A DNA stretch of 55,307 bases from contig NC_057711.1 in the NCBI RefSeq assembly GCF_004010195.1, forward strand, positions 72,206,845 to 72,262,151, read 5' to 3'. The translations under genes were made by a program, and so were the position numbers. Below are positions 36,600-48,974 of the stretch, piece by piece. Every line of letters begins with the position of its first letter. Positions within the stretch are counted from its first letter, which is position 1. A model generated the notes under the pieces. It was given only the letters and a program-made list of their open reading frames with translations, had not been told where the DNA came from and made no database searches. Source of the stretch: Chiloscyllium plagiosum (taxonomy: Eukaryota).

Positions 36600-37090
36600 T
36601 CAAGTTATTTTATTGCAGAGAAGGTTTACCAGGATGTTGCCTGGGCTGGGGAGTTGGAATTATAAAGTGAGATTGGACAGACTGGGGTTGCTTCCCTTGG
36701 AGCAGTAGAGACTGAGGGGCACTTGACTGAGATGTGAAAATTACAAGGAGCATAGATAGTAGTAAACATGCATCAATCTTTCCCCTTGGTGGAGGGATCT
36801 ATGACAAGGGGGCGGTGTTTGAAGGTAAGAGGCAGGAGGTTGAGAGGAGATGTGAGGCAAACCTTTCTCACACAGCCGGTGGTGTCAATCTGGAACTCCC
36901 ATCTGTACGGGTGGTGGAGGCAGAAACGCTCATAACATTTAAGAATTAGTTAGATGTGTGCTTCCGATGCCAAGGTCTATGGCCCAAGTGCTGGAAAATG
37001 GAATTAGAATAGTTAGATGTTATCTTTGACTCACGTGGACTCGATGGGCTGGAAAGGATCTTTTTCTGTGCTGCAGACCTCGATTACTCT
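36600..37090 (+). mobile_element. CR1-type LINE 3' fragment
   Basis: GCAGAGAAGGTTTACCAGGATGTTGCC (QRRFTRML), RVVEAETLITFK. Confidence 0.8.
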
Positions 37091-38819
37091 CATCCAGGAA
37101 TAGGGGGAATGCTACAATTGGACTCAATTGGACTCAATAATTAGAGATGTGAAACAGAATTCACTCTCATGTTCCCTATTCAACTTGTGGTCTTGGATAG
37201 TGCATTTGACATTGAATGAAGAACAGAAGAGTTAGTGTCTGGCTCTTTATACTCAACAGGTTCTGACTGCTACCAGATGAATCACCACCTTCAGGATGAA
37301 CAAAGAAATACCAAATTATTTGTTTTTCTAAATCATCATTCAGTTGTGTTGATTATTTAAATCCGTAATCCCCACAGCAACCTCAGGTAACTTCAAGGAA
37401 ATGCATAAGTATACAACTCATGAAACCTCATAACCTAGTACAAATGGCTTTTCTTTTATGCTACTTCATCAATATTAATTCATGAAGTTTCCAGGATCTG
37501 CAGTCCTCACTTTCTCCTAGTTGACTTTATAAAAAGGGTTTTTGTTGCCCAACTCTATTGAATGCTGATATAAACATGGGTTACTCCATTTCATGGACTA
37601 ATTTACATATGGGACAGAAGGAGTTGTTACCATGAGCAACACTTTGCAACCACTACACATTAATTGCTGAGAAATAAAATATTTTAAATATCCTGATTGT
37701 TTTTCTCTTGCCAAGATATGATTTGCAGCTTTAGAGAACACATAAAATATTACATCTCCTCTTCATGCAAGAGGAGCATGGATCTTTTGCATTTGCTAGG
37801 GCCATTACCCATCAGTCTTAGCTGCCTCAAAGTGTTACAAAATGAATGGAAACCTTCTTCTGGTATTTCTCCATCTAATTTTTCTCTTAACTCTGTAAAG
37901 AGAGGCCAGACCTTTGCTTTGCGCTTGCCTCCCTCAGCACATGCCCCAGCAGCATGGCTGAATGAGTCAACACTCGAATTGAGGAAGAGGTTTATATTCC
38001 TCTTGTATCATGACCCTTACAGTACAATTCTCAACCTCTTAACTATGCCATTGACTGTCCAAACCTTTCAGCACATTTTTTTTAACCACATGAAACCTGA
38101 AAAGCATAGAGAATTTTTTGTTTTAGTTCCATACTTACATTCTTTCCTTGATGTGATCTCTTAAATGTGCAGTATAAATAGAATTTGTTGTGGCCAGCAC
38201 ATGGTGATAAATATCTTGAGGTTGGCCATGACTCACTCAAATTATCCGGTCAACTTCACTTCTAAAGATACTTTGAACACTCTGGTGGTCATGACACAAT
38301 ATCTATAAATTGTGCACTCATGGTGTTGAAGTAAAGCTTTCCTTGCTGTCCAGTTCTACAGACATTGAGGATAAGAAAAAATATAATCAAAGAGCTATTT
38401 TTGGCAATCATGAGGGGAGTGAAAAATCGTACCTATGAATATCTTTTTTTCCTCGTAATTAATGGCCCACTGACTAAACCACATTCTCACAAATCACACG
38501 CTCCCATAATTTCCTTACAGGGTCAGTAATTATATGAAGGAATGAGGCACTCTCCTCTGTACTAGAAGGATTTTCAAAGATAATGGAATCAGTTTTGAAA
38601 TGTGCATATGCTGGAGGAATTAAAGTTGTATACTTTCACATTCGTAGGACATTCCTTAAGGCATAAATATCTGTATAATCAATTACCTCCTTTACAAAGA
38701 TATTCCAGATGCGAACAATATTGGTCATCTGCACAGATTGTTTTATCATGATAAAAAACAATCTGGCTAGTGAGATTTTGAGAGTTACAGTCAGAAGCCA
38801 GGGAAGCTGTAATAGGGTA

Positions 38820-39470
38820 TAAAGAAATGCCAGAAGAATTGGACTTCAGTTCTCACAAAAAACGGTACAAATATCATCCCCAAAACGTTACGGAACCAAG
38901 GATCTGGTGAGAAGGCTTCTACAAAGAAGTCAGCATTAGTAACAAAGCAGAGCTGGGGAAATTAATGGGGTTAATACTTACCACAGTGGGAGTGCAGCTG
39001 TGGTTCACGAAGCAGATACTGTGGATGGCTGGAATGTCATATGGGGAGAGATTGGTTTGACTGTGCCTGTATTCACTGGAGTTTAAAAGAATGAGAAGGG
39101 ATCTGATGGAAAAGTTTAAAATTCTAACGGGGCTGGACAGACTAGATGTACGGGGGGATATTTTCCCTGTATGGGGAGTCTATAACCAGTGGACATAGTC
39201 TCAGGATAGAGAGTAGACCATTTTGGACTGAGGTGAGGAATAATGTCTTTGCTCAATGGGTAGTGAATCTGAGAACCCTCTACCATGGAAGGGTGTGGAG
39301 GCTAAGTCAATGAATAGATTAAAGATATTTTAGATTTTAAAGGCATCATGGGATTTGGGGGTAAAGCAAAACATCTTGGATTCAGATAGAGCAGTAACCA
39401 TGAACAGAATGAATGGTGGATCAAGCTGGAAGTGTTAAAGGGTCACTCCTGCTCCTCTTTGCTATGTTTA
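38820..39470 (+). mobile_element. Decayed CR1-type LINE fragments
   Basis: GCCTGTATTCACTGGAGTTTAAAAGAATGAGAAGGGATCTG (LYSLEFKRMRRDL), tail ACTCCTGCTCCT...CTATGTTT. Confidence 0.7.
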
Positions 39471-40916
39471 GTGAGATACTACTATTCACTCCAAGGATAA
39501 ATACATGCATGGCATCATACTGCACCATCAGCCAAAGGGATTGGTTGAGATCAGACCCTTCACTCCATATATACCTGGGTATCAATGTAAAACCTTCCCG
39601 GACTTATCAGCTCAGTAATGTGGCACTGCACATATCCACAAAGGCCTTGATGCTGAACTGTCATTGACAAACTTCATGTTCACAACACACCTTATAAATA
39701 CTAAAAAAAAATTAATGTTAACAAAAATATGAATAAGTCATAATAATGGATTTTAATACTTAAGACAATGTTGTTTGGCTGTGAGATTTTAGGGTTCTTC
39801 TAATAAAATGTTATCAAGAAAGCTGGACTATATTGGTATTTTATAACTGGTATTAACAAATTTCCCCAATTACAGACTCCATTCTGTAAGCAATGAATGT
39901 GTAGCTACCAATTAATCTTTTGCACCTCCAGGCAAAGGTCTAAATCAGCTGGATAGAGCTAAAGCAATTTGTGCACAGCTAAAATCAAATTGGCGAATAA
40001 GTGTTCCGTGCCACTGCCTAGATTTCTGAAGCTAATATGCAATTGGTATTCCAGCGATGGATTCAAGCTACATTATTTGCAACTATCAATTCTAATTATG
40101 CCAATTATTGATTACTTTGAAAAATCTAACATTCACACTTGCCTAATCAACTTCTCGATTGAAGTTGCATGTTAGCCAATTCTCAGGATTAGATGAGTTC
40201 TGAGATCAGGCTTCATATTGTTAGCTAAATTGTTGCTTTATTTAAAAACAAATTTAGTTTTAACTCATGATGGTTTAGTTTTTTTGTGAATTTGCCTGCT
40301 TTAAAATAAATATTACAACTTTTACAGTAGCTGAGTGGAGTCTGGGTGTTGTAATTTTATTTGTGTAGCAATACATATCATGCATTCATTACCTCTTAAT
40401 CTACAGTATATCTTCCATAGTCATTCTTATTCTCATCATCTCTAAGACTCTATGCAGTCAGAGATATGATAAATATCCAGGCCTAATATTTTGCACTGAC
40501 TTTTAATATATTACTTTTTGGGAGTTGTAGAAGCAGATATAATAGCAACATTTAGACAGACACTTGAACAGGCAGGGGATAGAGGGATATGGACTATGTG
40601 CAAAAATGGGATTTTTAAAAATGTAATCCATTTCCTAATCAACGTGTCCTGAGATGTTATTAACTCTGGAGCAGGTGGGGCTTGAATCCAGGCCTCTCAG
40701 TACAAGGATACAGACACTAACACTGTGCTGCAAGAAGGCAAAATGAAAAATACAGATGTCAAAATCTAAGAAAGGAATTTTTCTGCCAGAACCATCAAGT
40801 AAAATATCAGTACAAGATTCCTATACAACCCAAAGTATTGCTCAGGTAAATATACTACAATAATTGCAAATAATTACAATTACAAACATTCAGTATAAAT
40901 GTCATCAGTTATTTCT

Positions 40917-41260
40917 TAACCTTGATGCACAGACGGAATTAACTCATTGGAATCTTTCCATGCGATTGGCTTTGATAACATTAACAACTGGACAATGCCA
41001 CAAGTTAACTGCAATTCTGAATCATGATCAGTTCTTTTGGAAGGAGCATTAACTTCTGAACATACAATGAGCTAAGTGCCTATCAGTGTGCTGGAAATTA
41101 GATCATCTTTCTGCTGTTCTGCTGTGTACAGTAAATAGCAGGGGAGTGTTCTTGAATTGTCTCTGACTTTGCAGCTCTGCATATCTCAGGAGACTGAAAG
41201 ACCGAATAAAGAGGTAAGAAAGACTGGGAAACCCAGCAGCCTGTTAAAGAAATCTATGCC
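40917..41260 (+). repeat. Unclassified interspersed repeat, copy 1 (possible LTR)
   Basis: Colinear similarity to 46417-46957, with an identical 26-mer GGACAATGCCACAAGTTAACTGCAAT at 40990-41015. Confidence 0.75.
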
Positions 41261-42413
41261 GGAGGCCCAGGGTGTGATAGTGAGACTGGGCACTATACAA
41301 AAGGAAGATATGAAAGCATGGTGGCAGCATCCGGTGGAAAAGGACAGAAACTGATCATCTCCACATTCAACGTTGGTAACAACTGGCCACGTGGATGATT
41401 GTAAGTTTCAGTCAAATCAAAAAGGGCTTTGTACTTTGCTCTTGTTGGTTTAATGAACTAATGAATTCAACTTTGCATTTAACTGTGTTTCTTGTACGCA
41501 TTTTGTTCTTTTAAGGCCAGAGTCCAAGAATTACTGTAAAGAGAAAGGGACTAGGATCTCCTACAGATCTTTTCAATTGCAGCAGGACTCAAAGGATTAG
41601 AGGTAAATGATGGACAAGATCAAGACACACAATGGAGGATGGGATATTCTCATGTGTGTGTAGCAAAGTAGATATTTCTGAATCGAAGGTGCAAGGAAAT
41701 CTGCAGGAGAAGGCAATATATTGGACAATAGATGTGACTGTAAATGAATGAGAAGAAAAACATTTTGGTTACCATGGCTACAAAAACAAAACTGACTCCT
41801 TGTGGTGAATGTAGTTAGAGGAGATAAAAATGAATTGGAAAGCTTGATGAGCAACAGAAAGGCCATTGGTCAATCAGGAAGCAAAATACTGAGGTAATAA
41901 AAGATAGCAGAGGACAGTGCAGGAAGAAACTGAACAACCAGTTCACTGAACTTGAAACATTAAATGCTTTCTCCCCACAGATGCTGCCAGGCCTACTGAG
42001 TTTCTCCAATGAGGAGTTACCAAACTACAATGTGGATTGATATCAGGATGCCAGTGATGGGTCAGTCACAACAACCAGGTGGAACATATTTCTGTCCTTC
42101 AAAATCGTGTATATGTGAGGCATCATTCGTTTTTCCGCATGTGGTTAGCTATGAAGGAACTCTACGACCAACACTAATGTAGAAGGAATAAAAACAGAAC
42201 GTGCTGGAGAAACTCTGCACTGGGATATTGAGGTTCCTCCTTGGAGTTGAATTGTGTCATATGTATTAGTGATTCTATAATTGATTATTGTATTTGTATG
42301 TTTTGATATGTAAATTGTTATGCCTCTGGGATGGTGCACCGAAAACCAAGCACTGCTATTATAGGAGTTGGAACAAAATTGAAGATTTTTAAAAGTACGC
42401 AGAATCCCCAATA

Positions 42414-43372
42414 CAAGAGGAACCTTGATGATCTGAACAAGATGGGTCAGCACTATTTCGTTCGGATAATTGATTATTTGGTTAATCGATTCAATGCCTT
42501 TCCTTTGGGGTTCGGGAGTTTTCTATTAAAGTCTGCTCCCCGTTCAGGAGACATGCAGCAGCATAGCGCGCGCGCGCGAACGCGAGTGTTGGACAGTGTT
42601 GGACGAGGTTTGGAAGGCTGGCAGGGGCAGTGTTGGACGGGATTGGGGGCAGGTGGGGGTAGTGTTGGGGGCTGACAGGGAGGCGGCCAGGGAGGAGTGG
42701 TAGGGCCCGCCTGCACCCCGTCTGCCCCAACACCTTTCCCCTCCCAATCTCGTCCAACACTGCCCCTGCCTGCCCCAAACCCCGTCCGACACTGCCCCGA
42801 ACACTGCCCACCGCCCGCCCCCAACCTGTCCAACACCGCCCTCCCGCCCACACCCCCATCCGTCTGCACCCCCAGACCCCCGTGCACCACCCCCGTCCAC
42901 CCCCGCCCTTTCTCCGGGGCAGTCAGGTTGGACACCAGCAACAAGATTGCTACCGTTGCTCTGCGTTTTGGGAGGGTGTGGTGAGTTTCTAAATAGCGCG
43001 AACATACACACTCAACTTTTTGCTGCAACTTTTTAACAGGTTCCACCTTTGCCCTGTATAGGACAATGTTAGAGAGATTATCTGGGGAAGGGGGGTGGGA
43101 TTTAGGGTACACGCCTGGGTAGAACTCCAGGGAAAGTGTGGGGGGAGAGAGAGAGAGGGTGGGAGGTCAATCATTTAGAGACGGTGCCTGCGCTCCCATC
43201 AGTCCAGGACTGTTCTCGGCAGCACTGAATTCACTTTTAATCACTGTAAACAAAAGACGCGATCAGTGTTGGACACACGTCTTTGATATAATGTTTCTGT
43301 CGTGACTCCGAGATCTCCTTCAGATAGTCCAATTTTGAGATAATTGATGTTCTGATAATCGAGGGTCCCCTG
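42414..43372. mobile_element. Non-autonomous pogo/Tigger-like DNA transposon (~960 bp) with GC-rich inverted internal array
   Basis: TA|CAAGAGGAACCTTGATGATCTGAAC ... GTTCTGATAATCGAGGGTCCCCTG|TA. TIRs are related to the 28112 MITE. No transposase ORF. Confidence 0.82.
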
Positions 43373-43746
43373 TAGACCTGTCCTTTAGAGGTAACTCGGT
43401 AGAAAGCACAGACCAAGGTTTGGTACTTGACAAGAATTACTATTTACTGCAAAGAGAAATATTTTAACTAGAGATAAATATTTAAGAACCATTGGATCTA
43501 TAACTCTATAAATTAAAATTATAATTCACTTATTAACCTGTCCGTCTACACATGCTTACAAGGTAAAAGAAATGGGTATTATGTGTGTGGGGGAAGACAA
43601 GGAAGGCAATTCAGTGGTCTCTGTCAACAGGCTTTGCTGAGACAATCCTTCAGCTGAACACGATCTTCCTTCTCCTGGTGCTTTCTCAGGAGGCACAGGA
43701 TAACTGGTTCACAGTAATACAGATCACTGGCTTGTTAATTAAAAGT

Positions 43747-43905
43747 AGGTTAAAAACAATGACTGCAGATGCTGGAAACCAGATTCTGGATTTGAGTGGT
43801 GCTGGAAAAGCACAGCAGTTCAGGCTGCATCCGAGGAGCAGGGAAATCTGCTCCTCGGATGCTGCCTGAACTGCTGTGCTTTTCCAACACCACTCAAATC
43901 CAGAA
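43747..43905. mobile_element. Palindromic Penelope-like insertion (same family as 8476)
   Basis: AAAAACAATGACTGCAGATGCTGGAAACCAGATTCTGG then long inverted arms. Imperfect TSD TGTTAATTAAAA / TGCTAATTAAAA. Confidence 0.82.
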
Positions 43906-44049
43906 TGCTAATTAAAAATGCCAACTTTCAGCATCTGATGAGGAAAAATAGACTGGCTATTTTCTGGCTTGATACATTTACTGCAGAACAAAGACAGCTC
44001 CTTTCCTTCCAGAGATCCAAAAGCTTCTGACCTGAATGTTCACATCACC

Positions 44050-44370
44050 AAAAAAAAATCACAGAAATTCATGGAAAAGCTCAGCAGCTCTTGTAGCATT
44101 CATGGAGGGAAAGCAGAGTTAACTTTTCGGATCCAGTGACCCTTCCTCAGAACTGTTGTGTGGAAGGGTTACTGGACCTGCAATGTTAACTTTGATTTCT
44201 CCATGCAGGTGCTGCCAGATCTGCTGAGCTTTTCCAGCAATTTGTGCTTTTGTTTCTGATTTCCAGCAGCTGCAGTTCTTATGGGTTTTATTCACATTAG
44301 CTACCTGGGACTCAACCAGCACCACTAATCCAGAATCTGGTTTCCAGCATCTGCAGTCATTGTTTTTACC
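44050..44370. mobile_element. Palindromic Penelope-like pLTR pair plus an adjacent second-family tail
   Basis: GGAAAAGCTCAGCAG...GTTAAC..CCAGTGACCCTTCC and its inverse GGAAGGGTTACTGG..GTTAAC...CTGCTGAGCTTTTCC. 44318-44370 is the reverse of the 8480 head. Confidence 0.75.
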
Positions 44371-44737
44371 ACATAGTTGTTGGCAAGTGTAAGGCCTTTG
44401 TCCTTGATAACTGGTCACCATTTCACTTATTGCTGGCCGAATATTCATTTGTACACAATGCACTGGCTCCAGCTCAGCTGTAGCTAGGCTTCCCTGCTGT
44501 TTTGAACAAACAGAGTGTAAATTACACTTAAAATGAGTGGCAGGTAATTTTTTTTAAAAAGTGCACTATTCCCTTTCACAAATCCTTGGCTTTTAAACAG
44601 CCCCTTTCCCTTTCCAGTCCAGAATAAAAAATACAGCAATTTTAAAAAGATACCATCTTTATAAAGCTAAAAAGACAAACTAAAAGGGAGACACTTGAGG
44701 GTTTAGTAAGAAAGGGATTCCAAGTGATGGAACTTAA

Positions 44738-45097
44738 TGGGAGGCAATGGCCTAGTGGTATTATCACTAGACTGTTAATGCTGAGACCCAGATAATGTTC
44801 TGGAGACCCGCATTTGAATCCTACTGTGGCAGATAGTGAAGCTTGAATTCAATAAAATCTGGCATTAAGAGTGTAATGATGACCACGAATCAATTGTCAA
44901 TTGTGGGAAAAGTTCATCTGGTTCATTAATGTCTTTCAGGGAAGGAAACTGCCATCCTTACCTGGTCTGGCCTGCATGTGACTCCAGACCCACAGCAATG
45001 TGGTTGATTCTTAACTTCCCTCGAGGCAATTAGGAAAAGACAATAAATGCTGTCCAGTTGGCGATACCCTCATCCTGTGAATGAATATAAAAAAACA
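44738..45097 (+). mobile_element. Full-length tRNA-derived SINE (SlmI/MetaSINE-like core) with LINE-derived tail
   Basis: A box TGGCCTAGTGG, B-box-like TTTGAATCC, core GGGAAGGAAACTGCCATCCTTACCTGGTCTGGCC, tail CCCTCATCCTGTGAATGAAT(A)n. Family name is from memory. Confidence 0.82.
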
Positions 45098-45099
45098 CT

Positions 45100-46290
45100 G
45101 AATGTATTAACTGATTAAAGAATTGTTTTTATGACTGGAAGTTTGTGATCAGTACTGTGCCACAAGGATCAGTGCTGCCACCTTTGTTGTTGCTATGTTC
45201 ACTAGCAACTTGGATGTGAATGTAGGAACTTGATGTTTTGATCGTGAGGAGATTGGTCTCAAACTGCAGTCTGATGTCGATCATTTGGTAAATTGGGCAG
45301 TGCAGTGGCAGATGGAATTTTAATCCTTATAAGTGTGAATGATTGTGGCAAGTCTACTAAGGGAAGGATTTACACAATGAATTGTCAGTCCCTATGGAGT
45401 ACTGAGGAACAAAAGCACCTTGTTATATAAATCTATAATCCCTGAAGGTGTCAGCACAGGTAGGCAGGGGGTTAAAGGCAGTATGCAGGATGCTTGCCAT
45501 CATTAGCCAGGGTAGAGAATATAGAAGCATAGACATCTTGTTACATCTTTACAAACCCTTGTTAGGTCACAGGTGAAATATTGTGCAAAGTTCTGGTCAC
45601 CACAATATGGGAGGGACATGATTGCACTAAAGGACATTGACCAGAGCCAGGAGCAGGCAGGTTAGACTAGTTAAATTTGGGATAATGTTCAGCATGGACT
45701 GGTTGGTCTGAGGGGTCTGTTCCCATGCTGGATGACTCTATGATTCTGTGTTGCCTGGAATGGATAGCTTCAGTTATGAGGAAAAAATGGATGGGTTGGG
45801 TTTGTTATCCTTGGAGCAGAGGAGGCTGATGGGGACGGAGAAATCTATACGAAGTCTCCAAATTTAAGAGGTGTGTAAAGACGGTAGACGTGAGAATCTT
45901 TTCCCTGTGACAGACATGCTATGCCCAGAGGGAATATGACTAAAGTAAGGAACAAGTAATTTCGAGGAGATTTGAGGGGAAAAAGTGTGCTGCCTGAGAG
46001 GGTGGTGGATGCAGCTGCTCTTGCAACATTTCAGAAGCATCTAGATGCACACTTTAAAATGTGAGGGCATATCAGGTTATGGATCAAGTGCAGGTAAATG
46101 GGGTTAGTGTGGATTGCTACAAAAACAGAAATTGCTGGCAAAACTCAGCAGGTCTGACAGCATCTGTGAGAAGGAAGTAAAGTTTTGAGTCCAATGATTA
46201 TACATCAGAAAACCTTGTGTAGCTTGGTGTTTGATTATCAGCACAGATATGATAGACTGAAGGGCTTCTTCCTATGCTCCATGACCCTTT
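45100..46290 (+). mobile_element. Decayed CR1-type LINE RT to 3' end with nested short fragments
   Basis: GTGCCACAAGGATCAGTGCTG (VPQGSVL), TGGCAGATGGAATTT (WQMEF), LYKPLLG...YCAKFWSP. Confidence 0.78.
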
Positions 46291-46416
46291 CTATCAATGA
46301 CTCTCTAAGATTTGGCTGAGATGAGCAATCCACTCAAAGTGGCAGGAGGATCATCAGAAGTAATATCTCGGGTGTTAAAGAAATAATAAAGAGAGAACTG
46401 AGCAACATGAAACAGT

Positions 46417-46957
46417 TAACCTCAATGCACAGAGGAATGAACTAAATAAAATCCTGACTCCTGATCAATCATTAACAACAGGACAATGCCACAAGTTAAC
46501 TGCAATGATCAGTTCTGTCAAGAATGGAGTTAAAAATCACACAACACCAGGTTATAGTCCAACAGGTTTAATTGGAAGCACACTGGCTTTCGGAGCGATG
46601 CTTCTTCATCAGGTGACAGTGGAGCCCTCCACTATCATCTGATGAAGGAGCGTCGCTCCGAAAGCCAGTGTGCTTCCAATTAAACCTGTTGGACTATAAG
46701 CTGGTGTTGTGTGATTTTTAACTTTGTACACCCCAGTCCAACACCGGCATCTCCAAGTCAAGAATGGAAGAAGCATTATCACCTGAACAGGTTATGAGCT
46801 AAGCACCCAAGATTGTATTGGAAATCACATAACTTTCTGCTGTGCAAACAGCAGGAGAGTAGATAAGGAACTATCTCAGATTTTGCAGTTCTGCATAGCT
46901 CAAGATAGAGGTGTGAAAGTCCAAGAAATCCAATTGGCTGTTAACCAGACCTATCCT
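46417..46957 (+). repeat. Unclassified interspersed repeat, copy 2, interrupted by a Penelope-like palindrome
   Basis: 26-mer at 46481-46506 is identical to copy 1. Similarity resumes after 46768 (AGCATTA..CTGAACA..ATGAGCTAAG..TTTGCAG.TCTGCATA). Confidence 0.75.
46529..46756. mobile_element. Palindromic Penelope-like insertion with 96-bp arms, 12-bp TSD and hammerhead-like core
   Basis: Arms 46529-46624 and 46627-46722. TSD GTCAAGAATGGA at 46517-46528 and 46757-46768. CTGATGA-aGGAGC-gtc-GCTCC-GAAA at 46639-46663. Confidence 0.9.
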
Positions 46958-47949
46958 GAACCCTAAATAGAAACATAACAAACGAGCAGGAGTAGACCAT
47001 AGAGCCTGTTCTATCACTTAACATGATCAGAGCTGATCTTCTATCTCAATGACATATTCCTCCTTTCTTCTCACACCCATTGAGGCCCTTCGTGTCTAGA
47101 AATGTATTCAGTGACATAACCTACGCAGCCGTGGAGAATTTCTCTTTAATTGAGCCGTACTGATTTTTCAATGGCCAGACATTATTTCAGTGTAGATGGA
47201 AGTTGCTCATGGGGACCTTGCAGAATCCACATCGTAGCAAATTTCAAAGGAATCCTCCAGGAAATTGAATATTCCTGGACATTTTTCTATGCTTTGAACT
47301 CTCTGAAAGTATCCAATTTCATTGGAGAATTTGGAGGATTCTGAAGAAATTAAGAAAAGAGTTACTTCTAACACATGAGTAACTATTCAATTGACTCGTT
47401 ATTTGCCTCACTCAAACCTAACTGCACTCCATAAGCCAATTACACCACCCAGATCCTGAAATGATACCCACTTCTTTCACTTGGGACCCAACATCTTGCC
47501 GTTCTACAAACCAGACAGTCCCCTTATCCTCTCACTTGCGTTGTGTCCACTCTCCTCCATATCCTTTTTGATGTGATAGCTCCATCCACTCCAACCTGCC
47601 ATATGCACTACATCACTTATCTGCTTCGCCTATTACCTTGCACCCTAAACCCTTGTCCTTCTAGCACCTTACTACCTGACATCTTACCAACTTGCATCCT
47701 GCACACCTGTCATCCAACCCTCTGGAAACCAACTCCCAATCTAACTGATATCCTTTACATTGGCACATTAACCACTTAAAATCCTACACACCTAGCATCC
47801 TATTCCACATGGCATCCTACTTACCTGGCACCCTGCCCTCTCTTACCCATCCTGCACCCTATCCTTCCAGCACTCTAACTTCATTCTTACCGTATGTACT
47901 AACCATTTAACAGCATCATCCAGAAGAAGGGTGTTACTTTTCACATATG

Positions 47950-48830
47950 AATGTGAATGTAAGTTGTGCAGTTAGTAAGTTAGCAGATGACACCAAGAAA
48001 GTTACCTCAGAGTACAATGAGACATTGATCAGATGGGCTGATAGGCCGAGAAGTGTTTAATTTAAAGTTAAATTCAGATAAATGTGAGGTGCTGCATTTT
48101 GGTAGGAAAAACCAGGGCAGGTAAAGTCCTGGGCAGTGTTGCTGAACAAAGAGACTTTGGAGTGTAGGTTCACAGTTCCTTGAAAATGGACTCGCAGGTT
48201 CTCAGGATAGTAAAGAAGGTGCTTAGTATGCTTACCTTTATTGGTCAGTGCATTGTGTACAGGAGTTGGGAAGTCATTCTGCGACACTGGTTAGGCCATT
48301 AGTAGAATTCTGCATTCAGTTCTGGTCTCCCTCTTATAGGAAGGACGTTGTGAAATTTGAAAGGGTTTAGAAAAGATTTACAAGGGTTTTGCCAGAGTTG
48401 GAGAGCTTGAGCTTTTGGGAGAGGCTGAATAAACTGAGGCTATTTTTCCTGGAGCGTCGGAAGCTGAGGGGTGACCTTACAGAAGTTTATAAAATCATGA
48501 AGGGCATGGATAGGATAAATAGATGACGTCTTCCCCAGCATAGGGGAGTCCAAAACTCGAGGGCATAGGTTTAAGGTGAGAGGGGAAAGATTTAAAAGAG
48601 ACCTGCAGTGCACGCTTTTCATGCAGAGGGTGGTGCATGTATGGAGTGAGAGGAGATGGTTGAGGTGGGTACAATTATAATATTTAAATAGCATCTGGAT
48701 GAGTACATGAATAGGAAGGGCTTAGAGGGATATGGGCCAAATACTGGCAAATGGGACTAGATTAATTTAGGATATCTGGTCAGCATGGATTGAAGGGTCT
48801 ATTTCCGTGCTGTACATCTCTATGACTCTT
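47950..48830 (+). mobile_element. HER1/CR1 LINE 3' fragment
   Basis: GCAGATGACACCAAG (ADDTK), LRGDLTEVYKIMKG, tail CATCTCTATGACTCT. Confidence 0.9.
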
Positions 48831-48974
48831 ATGTTCAACAATCAACTAAAACTAATGTAGCAGGATAGAATTACTTGATTTTTAAATTTTAAAACATGCA
48901 TTAAGTAGGGTTCAGCTGTATATTACTTTCATTAAGTATAAAAGAAGAAAGCCAAATATTTTAATGTTACAGAA

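Noticed and set aside
37697..38164. 155-aa ORF in unique sequence
   Set aside because: Non-ATG start, no recognisable domain, no convincing splice context. Consistent with chance.
42474..43112. 212-aa and other overlapping Gly/Pro-rich ORFs
   Set aside because: By-products of the stop-poor GC-rich array inside a non-autonomous transposon. No transposase or other motifs.
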